Shown: positions 1 through 12,179, numbered from the stretch's first letter. The stretch: 64,000 bases of DNA from the human T2T-CHM13v2.0 reference genome, Homo sapiens (GCF_009914755.1 NC_060934.1); one strand, 5' to 3'. A program made the numbers and translations. Notes: generated by a model not told the origin, from the letters alone.

Positions 1-172
1 CTGAGCCTTATTCATGAACGAGATGTATATAGAGTCCTTGGAGTTTGCACAGCTATTTGAGACCTGACTTCACCAATATTAGAACTGTTTGTTCTAATAA
101 ATAGTTGAAGATGGAATTCCATCAACCGTCTCTTTTTTAAAGTTAGAGAGTCTCTAACACCGCCCCAAAAAA

Positions 173-220
<48 letters not shown>
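173..220. repeat. (TATC)12 tetranucleotide microsatellite
   Basis: Perfect TATC array read directly, degenerating after 220. Confidence 0.97.
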
Positions 221-794
221 ATCTATCTGTGTATCTAATCTATCTATGTGTATTATTATATGTAGGAAATATTTAAGACTTTGGAATAGGCAAAAGAGAC
301 TACTGGGCATTCTTTCACTGGAATGCTCTGAAGTAGAGTCTTGGGACTTATCTGTCCTATAGAGATGTGCACTTTTGCCTTTGCTAGACTATGATCCAAC
401 TCTGTAGAGAAAGACATTAACTTGTAGAAAATTGATGGTAATAGGGATATTTTCTCTTCTTTGCTATGCAAATGATTCCTTTTCAGTAGAGAATATAAAT
501 CTCTATATAAATATTAGAGATTATTTGTTTTCTCATTAACGTGTCAATTTCTGACATGTTCTTTTTATATTTACATGAGTCATAATTTATATTTTTAAAA
601 AATTATTCTTTAGCAGCATTCAATAAAGGATATCTTTTCCTTTTTAGGGTTAAAATGATTCTGGATAATGAGCAATGATGTCAGTAGGAATAGAATTGTT
701 TGGTACTACCTGTGTAACATAAAACCAGAAATAGTTGGGGGATGAGGCAGGGCTGAGAGTATTGTGATATTGGGGGCAAAAAGCCAGTTTTGTG

Positions 795-796
<2 letters not shown>

Positions 797-830
<34 letters not shown>
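797..830. repeat. (AC)17 microsatellite
   Basis: Read directly. Confidence 0.97.
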
Positions 831-832
<2 letters not shown>

Positions 833-1395
833 ATAGCAGGACATTACATATATTTATGGGGTGGAGAAGAGATAGAGAGAGGTCATTTCATTTTCTGAAA
901 CTTTCCCCTTGCCTTTTATTTGATTCTTGACTTAATATTTCTAACACACAACATTATTTGTTTTCCCTTTTTCCTAGAATACATTTCACAGAATGCCTGC
1001 AATTTATACAGCAGCTATACTTATTTTGGCATACTGTCAGTTTTATTTCTTTCAAAATAAAATTTCAAAATACTTTGTCAGTTAAAAATTTCTGGGCCAC
1101 ATCCTGGAGAGTCTTGGCAATGCCACTAGTGAACACAGGCAGGGTTAAATGCCACTTTATCTCAGCACCACAGATGAACATTGATGGTGACAAGTTACCT
1201 TATTAATTAGAGCCCCACGCTTTGTTCTGACTGGGTGGGTGAACAATAATGCAACAAGAGCTTTAACAAATAAACTCACTGCAGGTCTCAGGAGTCACCA
1301 TGGCACAGTCATCACTTTTTATATATTTTCATTTGTAATGATTTCTACTGGCTAATGCCCAAATAAAGGACAAACAAAAAAAAAATTAAAATCTG

Positions 1396-1620
1396 GGCTG
1401 GGCGTGGTGGTTAATGCCTGTAATTTTAGCACTTTGGGAGGCCAAGTGGGAGAATTGCTTGAAGCCAGGAGTTTAAGACCAGCATCTGGAACAAAAAAAG
1501 ACCTTATCTCTACAAAAAAAGAAAAAAAAAATTAGCTGCATGCAGTGGCATGCACCTGTAGTCCTCAGCTACTTGGGAGGCTGAGGCGGGAAGATCACTT
1601 GAGCCCAAGAGGTGAATGCT
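1396..1620 (+). mobile_element. AluJ-type SINE, 3'-truncated in the right arm
   Basis: GGCTGGGCGTGGTGG start, left arm, A-rich linker, and right arm up to GAGCCCAAGAGGTGAATGCT. Diverged, with AluJ-like AAGATCACTTGAGCCC. No 3' end or A-tail. Confidence 0.9.
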
Positions 1621-1643
1621 AATTATATATATATATATATAAA

Positions 1644-2014
1644 ATGGTTAATACTGAGTGTTAACTTGATTGATTGAAGGATACAAACTATTGATCCTAT
1701 GTGTGTTTGTGAGGGTGTTGCCAAAAGATATTAACATTTGAGTTAGTGGGCTGAGAAAGGCAGACCCACCCTTAATCTGGGTGGGCACAATCTAATTAGC
1801 TGCCAGCACAGCTAGAATATGAGCAGGCAAAAAAATGTGAAAAGAGAGACTGGCCTAGCTTCCCAGCCTACATCTTTCTCCTGTGATGGATGCTTCCTGC
1901 CCTCGAACATTGGACTCCAAGTTCTTCAGTTCTGGAACTCAGACTGCCTCTCCTTGCTCCACAGCCTGGAGACAGTTTATTGTGAGACCTTTTGATCATG
2001 TGAGTTAATACTTA

Positions 2015-2046
<32 letters not shown>

Positions 2047-2086
2047 TCCATTAGTTCTGTCCCTCTAGAGAACCCTAATACAATAC
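1644..2086 (+). mobile_element. MLT2A1-like ERVL solo LTR
   Basis: ATGGTTAATACTGAGTGTTAACTTGATT...GCAGACCCACCCTTAATCTGGGTGGGCAC...TTAGTTCTGTCCCTCTAGAGAACCCTAATACAATAC matches the recalled MLT2A1 consensus. Internal (TA)n lies after the AATAAA. Confidence 0.88.
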
Positions 2087-2089
2087 GTA

Positions 2090-2126
<37 letters not shown>

Positions 2127-2150
2127 TTATGTACATATGTGTGTGTGTAT
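2090..2150. repeat. compound (TG)n(TA)n microsatellite
   Basis: Read directly. Confidence 0.9.
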
Positions 2151-3365
2151 TTATCTTTCTGTGTGCTTATTCTGAGGTGGTTCATAGTGGTATCCACTAT
2201 TCCTCCATTCACCCATGTCATATAATTAACTAAAAGACATCAATTGATTTTTAAAAGTTTCTTACTAAATGACATAATGCTTTCCTGTAAGCCACTAGGG
2301 CATGTCCTGGGAAGACCTATGAGCTATTGATGAAGATGCAGCCTGTGCTTGGGGAACAAGGGCAGAAGCTGTAGTAAGAAGTGGTAGAGGCCTGGTCAGC
2401 AGGGTTTCCAAGTAAGAGACAGAGTTTATAGTTATAGACCAAGCAAGAAAACAGGCTCATAGCAGATAGTGCATGTTGAATATGCCTAGTTGACTCAGCC
2501 TAGTGCTGAAACAGCATTTGCTCATCTATTTTCTTCTCTGGAAGGTGCTATCAACTGGTGCTGTGTCCCCACAAATGGCTATGAGCCTGGTCAGGGAAGA
2601 CCATGGCAAAACAGACTCCAATACATTTTCTGTCCTGAACAGAAGAGCTACAGGGCATTCTACATACTAGTATGCTTTGTCTCTCTGTTTAACATAAAAA
2701 TCCCTTCTATTGCCCTTACTAAAAAAGATATGTACATCAGCATTGGATAACTGGGCCTTATTAATATGGGGAAATGCCTGAAATCCCAATGTAAATATCT
2801 GGTTAAACTGGATTAGAAAACATGGCTTAGACTCAAGCCTAACCAAGAAACTTTTACCTCTTACATCGAACCGACAACACCGCAACACATTTAGGTAAAA
2901 GAAGAGCTCCTGTGGAATAACGTCTCCACGCATTCCTATTACCTAGTGGAGAGAGAACATGGAGCTTGTGAAGAAACAAATCATCTAACATTCTACCAGG
3001 GGAATTAATTTTCTATCAGTAGAATTTGCGGCCAGGGGAACCAGTCCCACCACTGGCCCACAGACCATACTTGAGGAATACTGCCACAGAGTAAGTCCCA
3101 GCTTCTCTTCCCAGGTTAACATTTGTAAGCAGATGAAGTGTGGTTAGAATGATCATCTGGATGAATGGTAACCTGATAGTCAATATCAGCAACAACCATT
3201 TATATCTAAGAGTAACAGACCATTTAATTTAAAAATAGTTTATTTTGGGGGAGAGCAAATCAGAGCAGCTATCTTGTGTTCTAGTATTTGGGGTTTCCTA
3301 GGAAAAAAGGAAGGGAAGAGGAACAGATAATTGCTAGTGACCCAACATCTTTAGTATTGACATGT

Positions 3366-3817
3366 ATTATGGGTTGAATTGTGTCCTCTTAAAAGATATG
3401 TTGAAGCCCTGTCCCTCAGTACCACAGAATTTTACCTATTTGGAAATAGGGTCATTGCTGATATAATTAGCTAAGATGAGGTCATATATGAGTAGCATAG
3501 ACTCTAATATGACTCATGTGCTCATAAGAGAGGAGAATGCCATGTGAAGACAGAGTCATGCAGAGGGAAAGTGGCTGGTGAAGATGAAGGCAGAGATTGT
3601 AATAATGCATTTACAAGCCAAGAAACTCAAAGGATTGCCACTAAACCCCAGATGCTGCAAGAGAAGAGATTCTCCCCTGCAGGTTTCACAGGGAGCTCCT
3701 CCCTGCCCACAACTTGATTTTGGACTTCTTGCCTCCAGAACTGTGGGGCAATTATTTTACATTGCTTCAAGCCTCCCAGTTTATGGTACAAACTGGGAAT
3801 CTTAGGAAACTAATATA
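3366..3817 (+). mobile_element. MLT1C-like MaLR solo LTR
   Basis: TATGGGTTGAATTGTGTCC...AAGATATGTTGAAG...GGAAATAGGGTC...GCCTCCAGAACTGTG...TAGGAAACTAATA. Confidence 0.85.
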
Positions 3818-4176
3818 GCATGTAAGTTCCAGCCCTAGAAAACTAATATAGCATGTAAGTTCCAGTAAGTAGCTGCATCACATCTTTGATAAATGAGAAG
3901 AATGAACCAATTCATAATCAATTTACTATCAGCATTCATCCATCTATAGTGTCACACATCCAGACTTCTTATTTCTCTAATGTGACACCCCCCACTTTCT
4001 ATTACATCATATCTTATTAGAATTTTACTCTTTATTTGCACTTGAGATTTTATTGGCAAAAGTCACTTTAACGGTTATCTGAACCACACATATAACAAAA
4101 GATTTAGGGGGAAAGACTTTATCACACTCTTCATCTCTATATCTATCATATCATATGAACATATGCTTCTCTAAAT

Positions 4177-4410
4177 CAGGGAGCTCAAACATTTATTAAT
4201 GTGTCCCACAGAAAGAATAATATTTGATGTTATAACCAGTGTCCATAACCTATTCATTTACATAAGCTGAAAAAAAAATCACTTACCTTTACTGTTCTTA
4301 CTACATGTGAAATGGATATTTTCTACTGTATTCAATTTTTTTAAATGGTTATATTTACTCTATAAATTGATTTTACACCTCTTATTGAGTAACAACCGAC
4401 AGTTTTTTTT
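4177..4410. mobile_element. old hAT-Charlie-type MITE (subfamily uncertain)
   Basis: CAGGGAGCTCAAAC start, and an end resembling Charlie-family AAATTGATTT...CAACCGACAGTTT. Confidence 0.45.
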
Positions 4411-6049
4411 TTTTTTACTATGGCCCATATTTTGCCTAGTTTCTGAATGCTACCCTCTAGGGATGGTTCCACCAAGTTCTATGTTACTCTCATTCTCCTA
4501 ACCACATACACACACTAACATCACAGTTTTATATGATGTGGAGGTATGAGAATGTATAATGGTAAACATTCCTTAAAAGTAAAAAAAAAGTATGGCCTCT
4601 CAAACTCAAGTGAAATATTTATGTTACAAAAACAAGTTTCTGGCTATTTACAAACAGAATTGCAGCTATATTAAATCATTGTTTCCTGGTATTTATAGCA
4701 ATGAGGCACTTTTATTCATGGAGCTATTAAATACAGAAGACCTTTGCACGTGGAACTTCTGGATTATTTGTTACCACTCTGTTTCCTGGTCATTTCAAAC
4801 AATTATTCATTTTCCTTAACCAGATTGACTAATTTTCTTTCCTTCCTGAAATAATTCATTGTTTGAGTGAATACACCAAGTAACAGCTTGTGTTCTGGAG
4901 ATAATGCAAGTAAATGCAGAGCTGACAGCTGATCTAGATGAGGTCATTTGTTTCGGGTGAATCTTAATGTGGTCTTAAGAAAAACAATCAGAAACTATCC
5001 CCCGACAGATCAGCTAATAATTTTGAGAAAAGGGAGATAGGTATTTTTCAGGCCTCTCTTCATTTTAACTATTTCTTAATAATTTGAAGCCACTTGGGGA
5101 TAATGAAAATTGATAATCCCATAATATGAAGAGAAACATTTGGTTTCCTTTATATTAATAATATATTTTTATTGTCAGAAATTAAACAAATAATTCTACC
5201 CTATTCCCTAAAGAAGGCCAACAGAAAGAATTGCCTGAGGTCAATTACTCAAATCTGAAATCACTATTTCTGTCAGATATCCTTGCAGATGTCATTGAGT
5301 TATGCTACCAACTCTCTAGGCCTGGGCCATTTAGTATATTTTACAATGCAATTATTTCAGAGTATTTACTGGAAAGCCATATCTCTCTAAATTACATAGT
5401 CTTGTGTGTTCATCAATAAGCTTTTTCTATAATGAATCTAAGGGAGATTGGTGATTCTTATTTTAAAATTGCATGGGCTGTAATCATCATTGTGAACATA
5501 CTCTGGCTTTGGAACTGTGAGCCTTGAATAGTCATTTATTTTCTGTTGGTGCTAACTTAAAACTCTTTACTGAACTAAATAATAATTCTGTGTGAATAAC
5601 TCCTACCAACCTATGAAGGTGGACTGGCCTACACACAAACAGAAGCTTTGGTTGAGCACCTTAATTTTTAGAAGACATCAACCTCTTTCTTTTTATCGCC
5701 AACTGATTTTTAAAGAGAAAGAAACAGTCCAGAATTGACAACACAGAATACCTGTACTTTGAACATTTTTCTAATTATCTAATGCCTGAGTTTTTACCCA
5801 AAGCCCAATTACACAAAATTAATAGAAGATTGCCTTTGTGATCGATAGCCTATTTTTTCTTCACTGTGCTTGAAATGAAGGAAATTATAAGAAGCAATCA
5901 CAATAAATTTGCCCTTACATTTATATAGGAATATCATGTATTTTAACACTCATTGTATCCTCCATTTAGTTAGAGAATAGTGAGGAGAACTTATCCTTTG
6001 GTGTCACAAATGATACAAGAGTTGATGACTGGTTGTTGATTCAGATGGA

Positions 6050-6180
6050 GGTGTTTAAATGTTCCAGTTTGCCCCAAGAGAGCCTGGTTCCTGCCTGTTG
6101 TTCTGGTGTAATTGTTAGTAGCTTCTTCCCCCATCCCTCTTATTTTCAGAAGTTTCTGGGTTTGAAACACAAATTCTGCC
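6050..6180. mobile_element. MER94-like DNA transposon relic
   Basis: TGTTCCAGTTTGCC...GCCTGTTGTTCTGGTGTAATTGTTAGTAGC resembles the recalled MER94 core. Confidence 0.45.
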
Positions 6181-7985
6181 CAATTTGGGGTTAATCAAAG
6201 GAGACAGAGCACCTTCCCTGTTAGAAAGAGTTAGCCAGTCTTGCTTAATGAAGTTTGGCTTTGAGGAATGGGCAAATCCCTCAGTTTGTTCCTAATGCTA
6301 AGTGAAACATTGTAGTCAAGAATCCAGGACTGGACAGACCTTAGAAAAATAAAAATCAAGCAATTATTGAGTCTTGGAAGAAGCGTGAGCATTTCAATGC
6401 TTCATTGCAATGTCTTGACTAGGAAATATAGAGTTAGGAAAACTTTTCACTTAGTCATTATAGGAATCAAAGCAGGTGCGTGGTAAGGGAGGTGTCCTTA
6501 ATTTTGATGAATTTTCTGACACACAACTCAAAGACTGACAGTGTCCTATATGTTAATCGTCACGCCTATGACTTAAAATATTTGAATCTTAAAGAAATAA
6601 TCTACTAGATGGCCAAAACTACTGTTTAGAATTTTTGATTTACCTCTAAAGGGGATGTAAAGAGTAACTCCGTGCATGACTAACATTCAAGGAACAAAAA
6701 CTATTTACTTCCTTGAATACACTTATAAGCCTCAGTATAATTTTGTTATCCTAAACAGTGCAAAAAAAAAAAAAAAAAAAAAACCCTCTACCATACAATG
6801 CAGGCCAGAGGCATTATTTATTTAAAAAAAGCCTTTTTTTTTTTAAGATTGAAAATATAGCAGCAATTTGAATGTGAAAATCAGGCATCCTAAACAACTA
6901 GCAAATTGCAGGCCCACAAAGCCAGCCATCTTTTTGTCCTTTCCTTGATTGATGAATTGTGCAGAAATGATCAAGATCAATTCAAGGATGCATGAATTTC
7001 ATCTTCTTCAGTTTCTGAGTGTTGTATTAGGCCTGTAATTCTGTCTACCAGATGACGCTGTTAGAGAATGAACAAAGAAAGCAATTGATATTTTATTCTT
7101 ATCCTGGCAATGAATTTTGCTTATTACCATCTTCAAAATACAATTGAGTGAACAGTGATTACTCCTGCATAGGCGTAACTGCATACATGCGGAAAAAGCT
7201 AAAAATGAATAGCATGAAAATCGCCTTTAATTTCTAAAATCATTTTCCCAATCTGTTAAATGAGGCCGGATTTGTGCAGTGAACTTCAAGCATAAAACAA
7301 AGTAGACTCTTTCAGCCTTGCTGCTAACTTACAGTCCAGTAATGTAAGGTGAACAGAAAAAGATATTATTAATATCAATTTTTCTACCTACGGATGTGTT
7401 TAAGGGAGATTCATTTACTAACATGTTCTTTAGGTCCTTGCTACTCAAAGTGTGATCATTAAAGTTTGAAAAGTGCTGATTTAGGCTGGTTGTATTTGCA
7501 CAGCTTTAGAAACATACAAATCCATGTAGAATATTAACCAGGCTTATTTTAATGTCACATCTATTGAGCACTTACAATGCGCTTTGCATATTTTCAGGTT
7601 TGTGTTTGTGAACTTAGTCCATGGATTCTATTCCATTAATTATTGGGAATAAATGTTCAGTTGGCTTAATTAGCAGAAATTTTTCTTCTCTCCTCTTTCT
7701 CCTATGATAAATATTTCTTGTTAATCAGTGGTATTAGAATGTAAATAGATCTTTTAAGTTAATTTATTTGCAAATGATCTTCCAGAACAATTTTACCTCA
7801 TGAATTTCCATTTATTGCAAATATTACTGTTCAGCTCACACATATACAGTGAACTCTCATTGAGTCACAGTAGTGAAGGAATTAACACTACTGGTTATTT
7901 GACCATCTAGTTAACTGAAAATTACATTATCCACTTCCAGAAATTAAGTAAAATCACAAGCACTATATAAAACACTATATAGAAA

Positions 7986-8439
7986 ACTATTCACTATAGC
8001 AAAGACATGGAATCAACACAAATGCCCATCAGTGATAGACTGGATAAAGAAAATGTGGTAAATATACACCATGGAATACTATGCAGCCATAGGAAGGAAT
8101 GGGATCATGTCCTTTGCAGGGACATGGATGGAGCTGGAAGCCATTATCCTCAGCAAACTAACACAGGAACAGGAAACCAAACACTGCATGTTCTCACTTA
8201 TAAGTAGGAGCTGAACAATGAGAACACATAGACATAGAGAGGGGAACAACACACAATGGGGCCTGTGTGTGGTGGGGGACAGGCAGGGAGACCATCAGGA
8301 TGAATAGCTAATATATGTAGGACTTAATACCTAGGTGACGGATTGATAGGTTCAGCATACCACCACATTTACCTATGTAACAAACCTGCATGTCCTGCAA
8401 ATGTATCCCAGAACTTAAAATAAAATAAAATAAAATAAA
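7986..8439 (+). mobile_element. 5'-truncated L1 3' end (older L1PA, about L1PA10-16) with (TAAAA)n tail
   Basis: ORF2 C-terminal and 3'UTR sequence GACATGGATGGAGCTGGAAGCCATTATCCTCAGCAAACTAAC...GTAACAAACCTGCATGTCCTGC...AACTTAAAATAAAA. Confidence 0.92.
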
Positions 8440-8549
8440 CATAATTTAACCTTTTCTTTTACAGGCACAATGAAATTCAGAATCTTCACATAGCTCAAAC
8501 TCCATCTAGTACCTTATTGATTATTTGGGTACCAAGGCCTGTAAAAATT

Positions 8550-9345
8550 TATCTTTGGAATATATGTGGAATCAGCCCTGCTTCTCTCCATCCCTGATGT
8601 CATTACTGTGGTTTCAGTCACTCTTGTCTCTTGACTAGCTTAATGCATCATTTTTCTACCCAGTCACCAGGATTGTCTCTAATTCATTCTTCCTTCTGAA
8701 ATCTGAGTGATTATTGAAAATAAAATCTCATCTCATATATTTATTTCTCTGCTTAAAACATACCAATGCTTTTCTATTTCTTGCAGGATAAAGTTCAAAA
8801 TTCATTAAGTATGGTCTGGACCATTCTTAATTTTCAGTGTCATATATAATTTGTCCCCTCTATGTTTCCACCCCATCATCCACATACCCGTCTTTTCACC
8901 TTCAGTCTGCTCTCTAATTAGAATAATGACTTTCAGATCCCAGAAGAATCTATGTACTTCCTTGCCTCCAAGCCTCTGCACTTGCTGCCCCTTATGGGGT
9001 CATTGTTTTTCTGTTCTACACTTTCTATCTACACAACTAATTCATGATCATGCTTCAGGTTGCAGTACCACGATGGGGTCGTCCAGGAACACTTCCTTCC
9101 TTTCTCACACCTCTCTGAGCTCCAACTCAACTGATACATCTCCTTCGTGATCCTATAGCAGCCTATACGCTACTTATCCCAGCACGTACATTTTGGCCTT
9201 GAATTTTCTGTTTCCCAATCTATATTCCAAAATCTGTAAGGGCCTTCATGGTGGTGTGTAAGTCTTCCTCTCTGTTATAGCCCTAATGTCTAGCACAGTG
9301 ATATAGAAGTCATTCTAAACATTTTTTAATAAACAAATGAATGTA
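8550..9345 (+). mobile_element. L2 LINE relic, 3' region
   Basis: Pyrimidine-rich L2 body ending TCTAGCACAGTG...AAACATTTTTTAATAAACAAATGAATG. Confidence 0.65.
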
Positions 9346-10039
9346 CTATTTTTATTGACATCAAAATGCATAGAACCTAATCAGTTTAAATAACAGCTTT
9401 CCCTAGGCACTATAAAAAAGATAGTAGATAAACTATTTACATTGATTCTTTAGTTACCTGAGTTTGTGCCCTAGAAGATGCTTTATAAAATTAATACCCA
9501 CTATTAACATGTTTCCTGCTCACTTATTTTCTTTTCATAAAAGTAAAATGCAGATTGTGCAAATGCAGAGCTGGCTGGGCTAAAATTACCTGGCTTCCCT
9601 TTATAAAATGAACATAAGATTTTGCTTACTTGCATGCCTTGAACTACAAGTGAGGATGCATTGTGGAAGATATTCTTGGAATCAAAATTTCTAATATGAG
9701 AATGGCAGAGTATATGAACAAGGAATGGGGGATGATACTTCAATAGATGATCAAATCTTGAGAAATTGCAAGATAAATATAGTAAGCCATGATACAACTC
9801 TGAGAATTTAATCAAGCAATTATATACAGGGAAAGTATTTAATTAAGATGTAATCAACAGGATTTCAGGTTTGTTAAGGAATAATCAAATCTGGCTGACG
9901 TCATCATCATCCAATAAATCATCCTCCTAAAGAATTGGCAAATAATTGGTATTTCAAATTCTCAAGAGTATAGCCCGAGGCTCAAATGCTGGTTGAGATG
10001 CCTGAGAAAGAGCTATCAGCTGTGGAAAAATGAGAAGTA

Positions 10040-10880
10040 ATTTGCCGTGGTAACTAATGACCTCCAAATCTCAGTGGTTTCCAACCATAAAAATTATTTC
10101 TCCTGCACATTTCATGTGAGCTGCCAGTGAACTACAGCTCTGCTTCAACAGGTCTGTACTTCAAGATCCAAGCCTAAGAAGCCCCTATTTGGAACAAAGC
10201 ATTCTTGTGGGAAAGGATATACAAGAGGCAGTATGTAAACGCAAAACCATCTTTAAATATTCTCCTCAGGTATGGCATATGTCACAACTGCTTACATTCC
10301 ATTGACCAAAGCAAGTCATATGACTGTTAAATCAAGTTTAATGCAAAGCTGCCTCCTTACATATTTTCAAATTCAGCCTAAAGGTTCCTCTGTACATCGT
10401 GAACTATAGCCCAAATGGAAGTGTAAACAGATTGTAGCCTACTCTTGTGCCAATCATTGAGTTTTCACCAAAGGGGCCAACCGTTCAAACCATGTTCAAA
10501 TAAGGCAAATACCAAGCTGTAACCAATCTGGCTATTTCTGTACCTCACTTCTGTTTTCTGTACCTCACTTCTATTTTCTATATATCACTTTCATCTTTCT
10601 GTCCATAAATCTTGTTCCACCATGTGGTTGCCCTGGAGCCTCTGAGCCTACTCTGGCTTGGGAGGCTGCCCAATTGGTGAATCATTCTTTGCACAATTAA
10701 ACTCTTAAATTTAATTTGGCCAAAGTTGCTCTTTTAACATGACCAAGTCTTCTACTAGTCTGAGAAAATTTTAGCCACTAACACAGAAGCTCTGCAACTC
10801 ATGTTCAGGGGGGTTAGTGTTATATACTTCTTATGTGGAAGGGGATGGATATTTGGAAACAAGGTACCATAGTATTTGAA
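10040..10880 (-). mobile_element. old MLT1-family LTR split by MER57
   Basis: CCAAATCTCAGTGG...TTATTTCTC...CATTCCATTGACCAAAGCAAGTCATATGAC|CAAGTC, continuous across the insertion. Confidence 0.6.
10325..10739 (+). mobile_element. MER57-family ERV1 solo LTR, complete, with 4-bp TSD TGAC
   Basis: TGTTAAA...TTTAACA inverted termini. TGAC at 10321-10324 and 10740-10743. AAGCTGCCTCCTTACATATTTT is the MER57 start signature. Confidence 0.9.
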
Positions 10881-11064
10881 TGGAGAAAGAGAGAGGACAC
10901 AGTCAAACTGAGATACTTGGCAGGGATCTGGAGTTAGTTTGAAAACAACGGCCTTTGTGGGCTAACATTCTGAAATTTATATCTAGCCCAGTATCTATTC
11001 AGGCTGTGTGGCTGGAGGCTAAGGACCTCAGATCACCTAGATCTCAGATGGTGATGGCTAGAGA

Positions 11065-11610
11065 TATGGGCTCTACTGTTTATTAGCTTTGCGACCTAGT
11101 GAGTCACATCATTTCTCTGAATCTCAGTTTTTGTGGCAGCATTTGTTTTCTGCTCACCAAATATCCAAGAAACATTTACATGCATCTCCATATTCACTCA
11201 CCCCACTTACGATTAGGGAGAGGCTGTGTGAGAAGTTCTGACTAATGGGATATGAACACTTAATGGCTCCTAAAATCTGCCCTGAGATCTTCAGCTCATT
11301 GTCTTCTCTCCTGCAGAACTGGGGGTGCTAGATGGCAGAAGTAGAGATCCCTGAATCACCCTCTGTAGAAGAGTGGCACAGGAGAGTCACTTGACCCAAT
11401 TGGGACCGACACTAGACTGTGAGATAACAAACCTGGTTTGTGTTAAGGCCTTGAAATTTTAGGATTTGTTTGTTTCTTCATTACTGGCCAACATTCATCT
11501 AAGGAAGAGGATACAGAATATCTCCAGGGTTGTTGCAAAGATTAATTGAGATAATTTAGATAAAGCACAGAGCACTGTCTTCCATAATATGGACTCAATA
11601 TATGACAACG
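11065..11610 (+). mobile_element. MIR split by an old MLT1-type LTR (about 11132-11500)
   Basis: The MIR core GGCTCTACTG...TCTCTGAATCTCAGTTT stops at 11131 and resumes near 11500 (CAGGGTTGTTGCAAAGATTAATTGAGATAAT). The insert starts TGTGGCAG and has an MLT1-type 3' end. Confidence 0.6.
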
Positions 11611-12179
11611 ATTACAGTTTAAGATTGATTACATTCATCTAGAGATTAAGAATAAGGTCTTCAGAATCAATGGATATAGTTCATGTCTCAGATATGCTAC
11701 TATGTATGTTAAGAAGATTATTTAATATCTTTACACTTTAATTTCTTTATGAAATGGCATCCGATCCACAAGGTAATGTATGGGGTAGTGGTGGCAGTAA
11801 TGGTAGCTGATAATCTTCTGCCTGATCCCTCATTAGAGCTGCAGAACTGGTCATTAGGGAAAAGAACCAAATAGATAAGCTTATGTGGAGATCCAACTGT
11901 GGTTTTGATCAGATTGATGGAACTAACCAGTCACAGCCCAGCTACTAATAGAGTGGTCTCCAACCACAAAGGCAGTGATCAGATGATGGCCAATTATCTG
12001 AGTATCAGCAGTGATTCTGCCGCTGGAGACAAGCAAAAAAGACAAGCAAGAGTTCAGGATTTGGAAAAACAATGTATACGATTTTGCCTTTATGTTGCGT
12101 TTGTATTTCTCTTTAAGCAATTTTAGAGCGATAATAGATGCAGCATTAAAAATTAATTTTGCTTTTTCCCAATCATAAT

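Noticed and set aside
650-844. CVCVCV and YIYIYI peptides (also at 31069, 40061, 40108 and 40895)
   Set aside because: These are translations of dinucleotide microsatellites.
6762-6783. Poly-A tracts (also 14968-14987 and 46862-46878) as retrocopy tails
   Set aside because: No recognisable upstream mRNA or SINE body, and no TSD.
11899-12126. 75-aa ORF with protein-like composition
   Set aside because: GTG start, no recognisable homology and no convincing flanking splice pair.
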